From positions 853 through 64,852 of the IMG/VR virus record IMGVR_UViG_3300033075_001817: 64,000 nucleotides of DNA. The stretch is one strand, 5' to 3'. Shown here piece by piece: positions 25,741 to 35,318 of this stretch; the stretch's first letter is position 1, and the number at the start of each line of letters is the position of its first letter. The DNA comes from a virus. Lineage: Duplodnaviria > Caudoviricetes. The translations under genes were made by a program, and so were the position numbers. Under the pieces are notes generated by a model. That model searched no databases. It was not told where the DNA came from and saw nothing but the letters and a program-made list of their open reading frames with translations.

Positions 25741-26976
25741 ATGGCCCTCACTCTCATCGAGGCGCTCCGCAGCTCGCGCGCGCCGTATCTCACCGGCGTC
25801 ATCAAGCAGATCGCGACCGTGGACGAGATGTTCGCGGTCCTTCCGTTCGAGCCGATCTCGGCGGAGAGCTACAGCTTCGAGCGCGAGCTGAGCCTCGGCT
25901 CGTTCGCGGCGATCGCCCCGGGCGGCGCGGTCGCGGAGAGCACCGCGAAGACCGAGCGCGTGACCATCGCGAACCGCGAGTTCGCGGCGGACCTCACCGT
26001 GCCGAACTTCGCGCAGGAGGGCATGGCCGACATCGTCGATCCGCTCGAGCAGCAGACGATGATGAAGATGAAGCAGGCGGGCCTCACGCTCGCCGGCAAG
26101 TGCATCACGGGCGGCTCGATCTCGGGCATCAGCCCGCAGCTCCCGGGCGGCACGCCCTACATCGACGCGCTCGTCGCGTACTCGCCGTTCCTGCGCGACT
26201 CGGGTCGCGGTGGTTGGGCGGCGTTCCGGTACACGCACACCGGCACCTTCCTCGCGTTCCGCGCGCCGGACGACACGGACTACGGCGCCAACGTCGCGTG
26301 CGCCGCGGACGGGAGCTACACGCTCTACTCGCGCGACACGTCGAAGTGGGTGACGGTGACGCTCGACGTCTCGGACCTCGCGGCCGACACGCAGTTCCTC
26401 GCGCAGTTCACGTCGAGCAACGAGTTCGACGGCCTGCAGAACCAGGTCGCCCCCGGGCAGGTCTACGACGAGGCGCCCACGACCGGCGCCGCGCTCAGCT
26501 TCGGCATGCTCGAGACGCTGCGCGACAGCGTGAAGGCGCGCGGCGGCCGCATGGCCTTCGTGCTCAACGCGGCCGCGCGCCGCAAGTACAACGCGCTCGT
26601 CCGCGCGACGAACGCGGCCGGCCCGGGCAAGGTCGAGCTCGCGGGGATGGAGTTCCCCACGTTCGACGGCATCCCGATCCTCCGCAACGACAACATCCCG
26701 TCGACGGAGACGGGCACGTCGAGCGGCACGAACCTCACGAGCATCTACCTCGCGAACTTCGGCTTCGACGACGGCGTCTTCATGGCGGCGTTCGGCGGCC
26801 CGCGGTTCGACGTCAACGCGGACCCGCGCCGCGTGTCGGTGCTCGGCTTCCGCATCAAGGACATCGGCCAGATCGAGGGCAACTCGAAGATCGGCCGGCG
26901 CGTCCTGTGGTTCGGCGGCATGGGCTGCCGCAGCGATCTCGCGCTCGCCCGCGCGCGTCGCGTCAACGTCGCGTGA
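25741..26976 (+). CDS. Major capsid protein (HK97 fold) with internal insertion
   Basis: MALTLIEA...LPFEPI..YSFERE, NEFDGL, PTFDGIPILRNDNI, TSIYLANFG; strong RBS AAAGGAG. Confidence 0.88.
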   Translation: MALTLIEALRSSRAPYLTGVIKQIATVDEMFAVLPFEPISAESYSFERELSLGSFAAIAPGGAVAESTAKTERVTIANREFAADLTVPNFAQEGMADIVDPLEQQTMMKMKQAGLTLAGKCITGGSISGISPQLPGGTPYIDALVAYSPFLRDSGRGGWAAFRYTHTGTFLAFRAPDDTDYGANVACAADGSYTLYSRDTSKWVTVTLDVSDLAADTQFLAQFTSSNEFDGLQNQVAPGQVYDEAPTTGAALSFGMLETLRDSVKARGGRMAFVLNAAARRKYNALVRATNAAGPGKVELAGMEFPTFDGIPILRNDNIPSTETGTSSGTNLTSIYLANFGFDDGVFMAAFGGPRFDVNADPRRVSVLGFRIKDIGQIEGNSKIGRRVLWFGGMGCRSDLALARARRVNVA

Positions 26977-27010
26977 TCGAAGCGGGCCTCGCGCCCGCAT
27001 CGCTCGCGCC

Positions 27011-27664
27011 GTGGAGGATCTCGTGATCAAGTATTCCGATCTCCCGGTCGACTCGAACGGGATCCTTCACGGCGTGTGGCGTCTCGTGCACGCCGATCAG
27101 ACCTTCAACGGCGACGTCGGTCCCGTCCGCATGCGCGACGGGCTCGGCCTCGACCCCATCGCGGGCCGGCAGGTCCGCTACGTCGTGGCCGAGTACGGTC
27201 ACAAGCTCTTCCTCGAGCCCTGGACCGAGCCGCTCCCGAAGCACTTCGCGGTGCCGGAGCTCGCCCGCGTGCAGGTGAGCGACGAGGAGTGGTCCAAGCT
27301 CGAGATCGCACCGTGGCGCCGCAAGGAGCTCGACGCGATGGCGCCGCTCACCGAGGAGATCGAGCGCTGGGCCGAGGCACAGGGCCGCTCGGCGGCGGAC
27401 GTCACCGAGAGCGTGGCCGCGATGGTGCGCGAAGCGCCGACCGTCACGGCCGACATCGCACGCGCGATGCGGATCGAGATGAGCAAGTCGGCCGAGCACC
27501 TGCGCGGCAACGGCTACGTCGAGATCCCGAAGGTCATCGCGAGCTGCATCGAGCAGCTCGACGCGATCATCGCCGCCGACGCGGCGCAGCGCCCCTCGGC
27601 CGACCCGGGCGGGCTCTCGCTCGACCCGCCGGCGCCGAGCAAGAAGAGCAAGCGCGGGAGCTGA
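27011..27664 (+). CDS. Hypothetical head-region protein
   Basis: Position after the capsid gene; basic C-terminus. Confidence 0.6.
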   Translation: MEDLVIKYSDLPVDSNGILHGVWRLVHADQTFNGDVGPVRMRDGLGLDPIAGRQVRYVVAEYGHKLFLEPWTEPLPKHFAVPELARVQVSDEEWSKLEIAPWRRKELDAMAPLTEEIERWAEAQGRSAADVTESVAAMVREAPTVTADIARAMRIEMSKSAEHLRGNGYVEIPKVIASCIEQLDAIIAADAAQRPSADPGGLSLDPPAPSKKSKRGS

Positions 27665-27666
27665 CC

Positions 27667-28137
27667 ATGCCGACCGAGATCGAGATCGACCCCTCCGATC
27701 TCGAGGCCGGCATCGGCGAGCTCACCGCAGCGCTCGACGACGAGCTCCACCGCTCGCTCGCCATCTCCGCCGACATGGTGGAGCGCGAGGCGAAGCTGAT
27801 CGCACCGCGCCGCACGGGCGCGCTGCACGACTCCATCCGCGCGACGCCGCCCACGGGGAGCTTCGCGTCGGGCACGCTCGAGAGCGGCGTGCAAGCCGAT
27901 GCGCCGCACGCATCACCGGTGCACGACGGCTCTCGGCCGCACGTCATCCGGCCCATCTACGGCCGCGCGCTCGCGTTCCCCGTCGGCGGGCAGATGGTCT
28001 TCGCGCGCCGCGTGAACCACCCCGGCAACGCGCCGCAGCCGTTCCTCGACCACGCGCTCGAGTCGCGTGCCGAGGACGTGCTCGGCGAACTGGGCGACGC
28101 GCACGACCGAGCGCTCGAGCGAACGGGCTTCCAGTAA
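27667..28137 (+). CDS. HK97 gp10-like head-tail component
   Basis: APRRTGALHDSI, VHDGSRPHVIRP, VNHPG..PQPFL. Confidence 0.85.
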   Translation: MPTEIEIDPSDLEAGIGELTAALDDELHRSLAISADMVEREAKLIAPRRTGALHDSIRATPPTGSFASGTLESGVQADAPHASPVHDGSRPHVIRPIYGRALAFPVGGQMVFARRVNHPGNAPQPFLDHALESRAEDVLGELGDAHDRALERTGFQ

Positions 28138-28148
28138 CGGGGTGTCCG

Positions 28149-28541
28149 ATGGACGTCGAGACGGTCTGCACCGAAGCGCAGTTCGCCGACTACCTCCGCG
28201 GGCAGCTCACAAGCGGGACGAAGCTCGCGTCTCCGAACACCGACTCTTCGGGCCCGCGCCAGCAGGCGCTCGACGACATCCTCGCCGCGCTCGCGCGCCG
28301 CACGCCTCCGATCCGTGAGAGCGATCTCGCGACGCCATCGGAGCTGAAGCGCGCGGTGCAGTTCGGCGCCGAGATGTGGCTCCTCTACGCGGGCCTCACG
28401 ACTGCGGGCCCCGAGTCGATGCTCGCGTTCAAGTACTCCGAGGCCCGCAAGCGCTTCACCCAGGAGATCGACGGCCTCACGCCGACGCTCGTCGGTGGGC
28501 TGCGCGGCTCGACCTACTCGTTCGGGATCTCGCGACGGTGA
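28149..28541 (+). CDS. Head-tail adaptor (putative)
   Basis: 130 aa helical protein in the neck position. Confidence 0.6.
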   Translation: MDVETVCTEAQFADYLRGQLTSGTKLASPNTDSSGPRQQALDDILAALARRTPPIRESDLATPSELKRAVQFGAEMWLLYAGLTTAGPESMLAFKYSEARKRFTQEIDGLTPTLVGGLRGSTYSFGISRR

Positions 28542-29206
28542 GCGACCCGGCCGACTTCGATGCGCTGATCGACCCGCAGGTCGGCGCGCTCCTCACGCTG
28601 TGCCACGGCGCGGTGATCGCGAACGTGCCGCTCGACGCGGGCTCGCCGGACGTGATGATCAAGAGCGTCGCGGGCTGGCCCATGCCGCGCGCGCAGCTCT
28701 CCGCGGAGATGCTCCCGATCCTGATGATCTACCGGCGCGAGGAATCGCCGGTGCAGCGCACGACGGTGCACTCCGACTCGCGCGTCACGTTCGTCTTCGA
28801 GTACGTGATGCCGACCGCGACGGACCAGCGCGCGGAGCTGCGATGGCCCGCGCTGCAAGCCGTCTGGCACGAGCTCTCGCGCGTCGTCGCCGCTGGCCAC
28901 GATCCGAGCGTCGCGGCCGACGCGCTCATCCTGCGCGCCGCGGGCTTCATCGACATCGACCTCACCGACCGCGGGCGTCGCGTGCTCTACACGCAGCCCG
29001 ATCCGGCGCGCGACATCATGCCGTCCTTCGTCGGGACGATGGTGCTCACGACGCGCGACGTCCCCGACCTCTCCGCGCTGCAAGACCTCGTGGACCTCGA
29101 CGCGCAGCTGCGGCTCGAGCGTCCCGATGCGGCGACCGCGCCGACCGACGAGCTGCTCGGCGAGCCCGAGCAACCGCTCGTCGAACAGATCCTCCCCGCC
29201 ACCTGA
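28538..29206 (+). CDS. Tail terminator/completion protein (putative)
   Basis: Position before the DUF2635-like and sheath genes. Confidence 0.55.
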   Translation: MSDPADFDALIDPQVGALLTLCHGAVIANVPLDAGSPDVMIKSVAGWPMPRAQLSAEMLPILMIYRREESPVQRTTVHSDSRVTFVFEYVMPTATDQRAELRWPALQAVWHELSRVVAAGHDPSVAADALILRAAGFIDIDLTDRGRRVLYTQPDPARDIMPSFVGTMVLTTRDVPDLSALQDLVDLDAQLRLERPDAATAPTDELLGEPEQPLVEQILPAT

Positions 29207-29215
29207 GGTGCCTCC

Positions 29216-29458
29216 ATGGCCGACTCTCTGCTCGTCCGCCCCTCTCCGGGGCTGCTCGTGCCGTTCTCCCCGCATCGCCCGGGGCAGTACATCGGCGTCA
29301 AGCGCGCGCCGGCCGACGCGAAGCCGGAGGACATCTTCGCGCGCGTCGACGGCGGGCACAGCTACGTCGAGGCCGATGGCCCCGTGAGCGTGCCGGCGAC
29401 CGCCTACTACGTCCGCTGCGTCCAGCGCGGTGATCTCGTCGAGGAGGAGCGCACGTGA
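29216..29458 (+). CDS. Mu gp38-like (DUF2635) protein
   Basis: VRPSPGLLVP...VPATAYYVRCVQRGDLV, immediately before the sheath gene. Confidence 0.75.
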   Translation: MADSLLVRPSPGLLVPFSPHRPGQYIGVKRAPADAKPEDIFARVDGGHSYVEADGPVSVPATAYYVRCVQRGDLVEEERT

Positions 29459-30909
29459 CCATCCCGAGCGGCTACAAGATCCCGGGGATCTTCCTCGACA
29501 TCATCTTCGGCGCGGGCCCCGCGTCGGCCGGTGATGCCCCGCGTCTCGTCTGCGTCGTCGGGCATCTGCTCGGCGGCAGCGGCACGGTCGACACGCCGGT
29601 GCTCGTCCCGAGCGACGCCGACGCGATCACGATCTTCGGCCAGGGCTCCGAGGGTCACCTCTCGTGCCGCGCGGCGCTCACCGCCGATCCCGCGTGCAAC
29701 CTCTACGGCGTGCCCCTCACGCCCCCGAGCGGCGGTACGCAGGCGGGCTCGAACCTCGTGTTCAGCGGCACGGCGAGCGCGGACGGCACCGTCACGCTCG
29801 AGATCGCCGGCACGACGCTCGATGTCGCGATCCCGAACACGACGACGGCGGCCGCTGCGGCGCAGCTCGTCATCGACGCGATCCTGGACCTGCCGGACCT
29901 GCCCGTCACCGCGACGCTCAGCACCGCGACGGTGCAGATCAAGCACAAGAGCAAGGGCACGCGCGGCAACCAGATCACCGCGAACAGCAGCGGATCGGTC
30001 ACGGGCCTGACGATCACGCACGTCTCCGGGCGGCTCACGTCCGGCGCCGGCGCCGACACGCTCACGACCGCGCTCGCCAACATGGCGCCGTCGCGCTTCC
30101 ACCTCATCGCGGTCCCGCACGACACGAGCACGCTCATCCAGAGCTGGCGCGATCACGTGAACGCGCAGGCCGCACCGCTCGAGGGCCGTCGTCAGCAGGT
30201 CGTCGCCGCGACGATCGACACGCTCGCCAACGCCATCACGCTCGCGACGGCGATCAACGCCCCGCGCGTGCAGGTCGTCTGGCACTACAACGGCTACGAC
30301 ACGACCGGCCAGATCGCCGCGTGCGTCGCGGCCCGCCGCGCGTACCTCGAAGGGATCGACCCGGCCGCGCCGATGAGCGCGCAGCACGGCACGACGCTCC
30401 CGGGCCTCCGACCGCAGCCCGTCCTCGCCGATCGTCCGCTCAACAGCGAGACGGCGAGCGCGCTCAGCAACGGCCTCTCGCCCGTCGTCCCGCTCGCGGA
30501 CGGCACGTGCTCGCTCGCGCGCAGCATCACGTCGCGCTCGCAGGACAGCACCACGGCGCCGAACTACTCGGTGCTCGACACCTCGAAGGTCACGGTGCCC
30601 GACTTCTTCGCGGACACCCTCCAAGCGAACTGGAGCGGCTTCGTGCTGCGCAACCCGAAGCTCGCGCCTGACCCGCTCGACGGCGAGGACCCGATCCCAG
30701 GCGTCGCCACGCCCTCGTCGATCCGCACCTGGATCTACGAGCTCGAGAAGCAGGTCGAGAACGAGCTGCTCGTCAACGTCGACGCGCTCCTGCCGAACCT
30801 CTCGGTGACGATCGCGGGGAGCCCGGCCGGGCGCGCGATCGCGAAGATCCCGCTCGACGTGATCGAGGGCAACTACCAGCTCGACACGACCGTCCAGCAG
30901 GTCGGCTGA
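29455..30909 (+). CDS. Tail sheath protein (Mu gpL-like)
   Basis: IPSGYKIPGIF, FGQGS, IKHKSKGTRGNQI, LSNGLSP, SLARSIT. Confidence 0.93.
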   Translation: MTIPSGYKIPGIFLDIIFGAGPASAGDAPRLVCVVGHLLGGSGTVDTPVLVPSDADAITIFGQGSEGHLSCRAALTADPACNLYGVPLTPPSGGTQAGSNLVFSGTASADGTVTLEIAGTTLDVAIPNTTTAAAAAQLVIDAILDLPDLPVTATLSTATVQIKHKSKGTRGNQITANSSGSVTGLTITHVSGRLTSGAGADTLTTALANMAPSRFHLIAVPHDTSTLIQSWRDHVNAQAAPLEGRRQQVVAATIDTLANAITLATAINAPRVQVVWHYNGYDTTGQIAACVAARRAYLEGIDPAAPMSAQHGTTLPGLRPQPVLADRPLNSETASALSNGLSPVVPLADGTCSLARSITSRSQDSTTAPNYSVLDTSKVTVPDFFADTLQANWSGFVLRNPKLAPDPLDGEDPIPGVATPSSIRTWIYELEKQVENELLVNVDALLPNLSVTIAGSPAGRAIAKIPLDVIEGNYQLDTTVQQVG

Positions 30910-30953
30910 CGAACCACCCCACCGCCGCGTGATGCGGCGAGGAGACGACGACG

Positions 30954-31334
30954 ATGGCCGGCCTCAAGTTCTACGAGTCGGGCGGGAAGATCTACGTGGA
31001 CAACCGGCTGCTCGCCGAGTGCACGAAGATCACCGTCAAGGACGCGGGCAACCTGTCGAAGGTCTACACGACCATCCTCGGTCTCGCCGGCTTCGCGGCC
31101 GGACCCATCGAGGCCGAGATGACCATCGAGCAGGCGATGCCCAAGGCGGGCGCCGAGTTCGCCTGGGCGAGCGCGCTCACGACGCGGAAGATCCTCACCG
31201 TCCGCATCGAGAGCGAGGGCGTGCGCGAGTCGTACCAGATGGTGAACGGCGACCTCGAGCGCACCTTCTCGCCGAGCGATTCGGCGACGAAGATGCTTCA
31301 GCTCCTCGGCAAGAAGATCGGCACGTCGACCTGA
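30954..31334 (+). CDS. Tail tube protein
   Basis: 126 aa after the sheath; VYTTILGLAGFAAG; strong RBS AGGAG. Confidence 0.82.
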   Translation: MAGLKFYESGGKIYVDNRLLAECTKITVKDAGNLSKVYTTILGLAGFAAGPIEAEMTIEQAMPKAGAEFAWASALTTRKILTVRIESEGVRESYQMVNGDLERTFSPSDSATKMLQLLGKKIGTST

Positions 31335-31337
31335 CGC

Positions 31338-31895
31338 GTGGACGTCGCCGACATCATCGCCGGCACGCGCTGCATCGAGGTCGCGACCGTCGCGGGGCTG
31401 CGGATCCCGGTCCGGGCTCTCTCCGAGCTCGAGCGTGACGATGCCCGGCGTGTCGCCCGTGACGTGATCGAGATGATGCTGCCCGGCGCCGCGCCGCCGG
31501 ACGGGCTCCTCGACAGGATGTGGTGCCGCTTCATCATCGCGCGCTCGGCGCTCGATCCGGAGGCCTTCCTCGACGGTGAGCGGCGGCCGCTCTTCACGCC
31601 ATCGCGTGTCGGGCAGCTCTCGGCCGACGATGGCAGCGAGCTCCTCCGAGCGCAGATGGCGGCGCAGGCACGCGCGTTCGGCGCGGACCCCAGCGAGGTG
31701 CGTTCAGCGCTGCTCATCGAAGCGCGCGAGGTTCGACAGTGCGCGAGCGGGGAGCGAGAGACGTCGGACCGCCTGCACGAGCTCGTGCTCCGCTTCCTGC
31801 ATCCGACGCACAGCTCGCCCTCGAGCTTCTTCGGCGCTCCGGAGCGCGAGCTGACCTTCCACCAGCTGTTCTTCCACATGGAGCTGCATCGATGA
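31338..31895 (+). CDS. Tail assembly chaperone paralogue 1
   Basis: Between tube and tape measure; similar to the next gene. Confidence 0.65.
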   Translation: MDVADIIAGTRCIEVATVAGLRIPVRALSELERDDARRVARDVIEMMLPGAAPPDGLLDRMWCRFIIARSALDPEAFLDGERRPLFTPSRVGQLSADDGSELLRAQMAAQARAFGADPSEVRSALLIEAREVRQCASGERETSDRLHELVLRFLHPTHSSPSSFFGAPERELTFHQLFFHMELHR

Positions 31896-32407
31896 GCACC
31901 GCCCTCGACGCCATCAGCGCGCACACGCGCGAGCAGCTGAAGCCCCGCCCGGCGAAGTACCCGGGCACCGATGCGCCGATCTTCGTCCGCCTCCTCACCG
32001 ATCAGGAGATCGACGACGCGAAGCTCGAGGCCCAGCGCTACATCGCCAAGCGCAAGGCGAACGTCGACATCGACCCCGAGTACTACGACCGCGAGGTGCA
32101 GCGTCAGATCATCTGGCACGCTGTCCTGCACGGCGAGCCGGACGACAAGGGCGAGCGCGCGCCGGTCTTCGCGGCCGACAGCGACGTCCGGAAGCTCAGC
32201 TCGGTCGAGATCGACGGCCTCTGGCGCCTCTACCTCGAGAACCAGGAGCGCAACTCGGTCCTCCGCGACCTCACCGACGATCAGGTGCGCGATCTCGTCG
32301 AGTCGGTCGCCAGGAACGAGCGCGAGGTGACGAACGAGCTCGGGCTCCTCGATCCCGCATCGCTCGTGCGCCTGCTCGTCGCCGTCCTGAAGCGCCTCGG
32401 AGGCTGA
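31892..32407 (+). CDS. Tail assembly chaperone paralogue 2
   Basis: IFVRLLTDQEIDDAK; has its own RBS and ATGA overlap. Confidence 0.7.
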   Translation: MSTALDAISAHTREQLKPRPAKYPGTDAPIFVRLLTDQEIDDAKLEAQRYIAKRKANVDIDPEYYDREVQRQIIWHAVLHGEPDDKGERAPVFAADSDVRKLSSVEIDGLWRLYLENQERNSVLRDLTDDQVRDLVESVARNEREVTNELGLLDPASLVRLLVAVLKRLGG

Positions 32408-32411
32408 ACCA

Positions 32412-34373
32412 GTGTCCGATCGTCTTCTGCGCGTCCGGATCCGCACGGTCGGGCAAGAGTCGGTCACGCGCGCGGTCCGCGGCATCACGCAGGGCGCGCG
32501 GCGTGCCCAGCAGGAGCAGCAGCGATCCTCGCGGGCGACCCGCGACGCGCTCGTGCGGTCCGAGCGGGAGGCGACCCGAGAGGCCCAGCGCTCCGCCCGC
32601 GCCCGCGAGAGCATGGCTCGGCGCGAGGCCCAGCAGCGCACGAGGCTGGCCCAGCAGGCGGCCCGAGAGTCCGCCCGCGCCGATGCCCAGGCCGCTCGAG
32701 AGGAGCAGCGGAACGCGAACGAGGTGTTCCGGATGCGCATGCGCCTGCACCAGCAGCGCATCCGTGCCGAGCGTCGCGCCGATCAGGAGCGGCAGCGCTC
32801 GCAGCGCATGCGTGACGGCGCCGTCGCCGCCGGGAGTGTGGCGGCCGTCGCGACCGTGATCGCGGGCGTCAGCTCGACGCTCGACGCCATCACCGCCCGG
32901 ATCGAGACGATCACCGCCGCGATCGGTGCGCGTGCCGGCGTCCAAGACGTGGGGCAGCGCACCGCGAGCGCGCAGGACTTCGAGCTGCAGCTCGCGCGCT
33001 CGAGCGGCGAGTTCTTCCAGGGCGTCTCGCCCGAAGAGCGCGCTCGGCAGATGGCGGACCTCGCGAACGAGATCAACCAGGTCGCGCTCGCATCCGGCCA
33101 GAGCCCGACCGAACTGCTCAACACGCTCTCGGGGATGCAGGAGCAGTTCTCGGCGTTCGAGTACGGGCGCGCGAACCTCCGCGCGATCGCCGACGAGGCG
33201 CAGCGAACGGGCGCGAGCATGGAGACGCTCGGGCAGTTCGTCGGCGTGATGAACCAGCAGCTCGGCGAGACCGCTCCCACCGCCGATCGCGCCTTCAGCA
33301 TCATGGCCGAGGGCGGGCTTCAGGGCGCGATCACGCCCGAGTCGTTCGCGCAGAACTTCGGCGGGATGCTCGGCCAGTTCCAGGTGAGCAGCGGCACGAG
33401 CGGCGAGGACTCGCTTCGCCAGTTCATGGCGCTCGCAAACGTGATCCGGCCGGGCGCGCAGACCGACGCCGAGGCGGCGACGCAGATGCACGGCCTCATC
33501 GCCGCGATGCAGTCGCCGCGCGCGCGCTCGTCCATCCAGGAGGCGATGGGCGGGCACCGCGTCGGCCGAGGACGCGACTCGCACTTCGTCGGCGGCACCA
33601 CCGCTTTCCGAGCGGACGGGACGGTAGATTACGCGCAGCTCATCCAGGACATGAGCACGATCGAGAACACCTCGCGTGGCTCTGGCGTGGCCGCAGCGCT
33701 CCACGCCGCCGGCGCTCGCGACGCGATGACCTCGCTCACGCGCGCCCAGCGCGGCGAGGTGAGCGGACCGACCTTCTCCGAGATGATGTCGGTCTCGGCG
33801 GAGAGCGCCGACCGGCGCCGGGCGGAGGACCTCGCGCGCGTGCACGCGACGACCGCGTACCAGTCGCGTCAGATGGCGGTGCAGGGCGAGGTCGAGGGCA
33901 TTCGGCAGCTTCCTGGCCGGGCGAAGGCCGGGAACACCATGATCGCCTACAACGAGGCGCTCACGCAGACGGGGATGGATCAGTACCTCGGCGAGCAGAG
34001 CACGCTCGGTCGGTGGGCGCCGTCGTGGGTCACGCAGATGGCAATGCCGGCGATCGCCGGGCAGCTCTCGCAGCTCTCTGGAGATCAGCGCGCGAGCATC
34101 ACGCGGTGGGGCGGAGCGCTCTTTGGGGCGCAGGGCATGGACGTTGGAAACGCGATCTCGTCGGTGGCCGCGGTCGGCGATCGTGCGGGTGCGGTCCAGA
34201 AGCAAAGCCTGATGCGCATCCAGGACGGTGCGCGGATGGAGCTCGGCGACGACACGGTGCGGAGGCTCGCGAGCGCCATCGCTCCGACCGGGCCGACGCC
34301 CCCGTCGACGCCGAGCGCTCCGCTCGCATCCGCGGGCACGAGCTCGCGCCGCATCGCGGCCGACAGGAGGTGA
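32412..34373 (+). CDS. Tape measure protein
   Basis: 653 aa, Ala/Gln-rich and helical, N-terminal coiled coil, canonical position. Confidence 0.85.
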   Translation: MSDRLLRVRIRTVGQESVTRAVRGITQGARRAQQEQQRSSRATRDALVRSEREATREAQRSARARESMARREAQQRTRLAQQAARESARADAQAAREEQRNANEVFRMRMRLHQQRIRAERRADQERQRSQRMRDGAVAAGSVAAVATVIAGVSSTLDAITARIETITAAIGARAGVQDVGQRTASAQDFELQLARSSGEFFQGVSPEERARQMADLANEINQVALASGQSPTELLNTLSGMQEQFSAFEYGRANLRAIADEAQRTGASMETLGQFVGVMNQQLGETAPTADRAFSIMAEGGLQGAITPESFAQNFGGMLGQFQVSSGTSGEDSLRQFMALANVIRPGAQTDAEAATQMHGLIAAMQSPRARSSIQEAMGGHRVGRGRDSHFVGGTTAFRADGTVDYAQLIQDMSTIENTSRGSGVAAALHAAGARDAMTSLTRAQRGEVSGPTFSEMMSVSAESADRRRAEDLARVHATTAYQSRQMAVQGEVEGIRQLPGRAKAGNTMIAYNEALTQTGMDQYLGEQSTLGRWAPSWVTQMAMPAIAGQLSQLSGDQRASITRWGGALFGAQGMDVGNAISSVAAVGDRAGAVQKQSLMRIQDGARMELGDDTVRRLASAIAPTGPTPPSTPSAPLASAGTSSRRIAADRR

Positions 34374-34376
34374 CGC

Positions 34377-35318
34377 ATGAGCGTGTTCGACGACGAGATG
34401 CCGTCGATCAAGCTCGGCGACCTCGATGATCTGCCGTGCTCGTCGCGCAAGGTGACCGGCGGTCGGGCGCGTGTCCCGTACAAGTACCCGAGCCGAGACG
34501 GCCAGATCGCCGAGGAGATGGGGCGCGAGCCGTACACGTTCGAGCTCGAGATCCCGCTCTTCGCGGGCGTGAACCCGGACCACTACCCGAGCCTCGCCGA
34601 TTCGCTCCGCTCGCTCCTCGACGATCCGCCCGAGCCGCTCGAGTACCAGGACCACGAGCTCGGCACGATGAACGTTAGCATCGGGCCCTACTCGTCGGAG
34701 ATGGACCCGATGAAGCGGGACGGCGTGATCTTCCGCTTCACCGTCACCGAGGACGAGCTCGATCAGGGCGCGGCGTTCCGCGTCCTGAATCCGCAGCCGA
34801 ACGTCGAGAGCGCTGGCGAGGCCCTCGACTCCGAGCTCGAGGAGGCCGGCGTCACCGAGCCGAACGTCGTCACGGCGATGGACAAGAAGGGCGTCGGGCT
34901 GAAGGCCGACGAGAGGGACTACGAGGGCGGCACCCTCTGGACGAGCCAGGCAGCGCGCGTGACCGACGCGATCAACGACGGGGCCGCCACGGCCGAGCAG
35001 ATCGCGACGACGGTCGACACGCTCCGCGGCCGCGTCGACGCGCTGCTCAGCCTCCCGGAGATGCAGGTCGCGAGCGCCGGATCGGCGATGACCGCGGCGA
35101 TCCTCTACCTCGACGCGATCACGCAGCTCGGCGACCGCGCGCTCGCCACCGTGGCCATCGAGGTCGAGGAGAGAATCCTCGACACGGTGAGCCTGCTCGA
35201 CGTGGCCGCGCGCCTCTACGGCGACGAGCAGCGCGTCGTCGAACTCATGGCCCGCAACCCGGGCGTGAACCCCCTCTTCGTGCCCGCGGGCACCGTCCTG
35301 ATCGTGCCGTCGCGATGA
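34377..35318 (+). CDS. Mu gp43-like DNA circularisation/tube-initiator protein with C-terminal LysM-like domain
   Basis: YKYPSRDG..AEEMGREP; SLLDVAARLYGD...NP.VNPLFVPAGTVL. Confidence 0.85.
   Translation: MSVFDDEMPSIKLGDLDDLPCSSRKVTGGRARVPYKYPSRDGQIAEEMGREPYTFELEIPLFAGVNPDHYPSLADSLRSLLDDPPEPLEYQDHELGTMNVSIGPYSSEMDPMKRDGVIFRFTVTEDELDQGAAFRVLNPQPNVESAGEALDSELEEAGVTEPNVVTAMDKKGVGLKADERDYEGGTLWTSQAARVTDAINDGAATAEQIATTVDTLRGRVDALLSLPEMQVASAGSAMTAAILYLDAITQLGDRALATVAIEVEERILDTVSLLDVAARLYGDEQRVVELMARNPGVNPLFVPAGTVLIVPSR

Noticed and set aside
31860-32411. Programmed -1 frameshift in the tail chaperones
   Set aside because: No X XXY YYZ heptamer near either stop; the second gene has its own SD and ATG.
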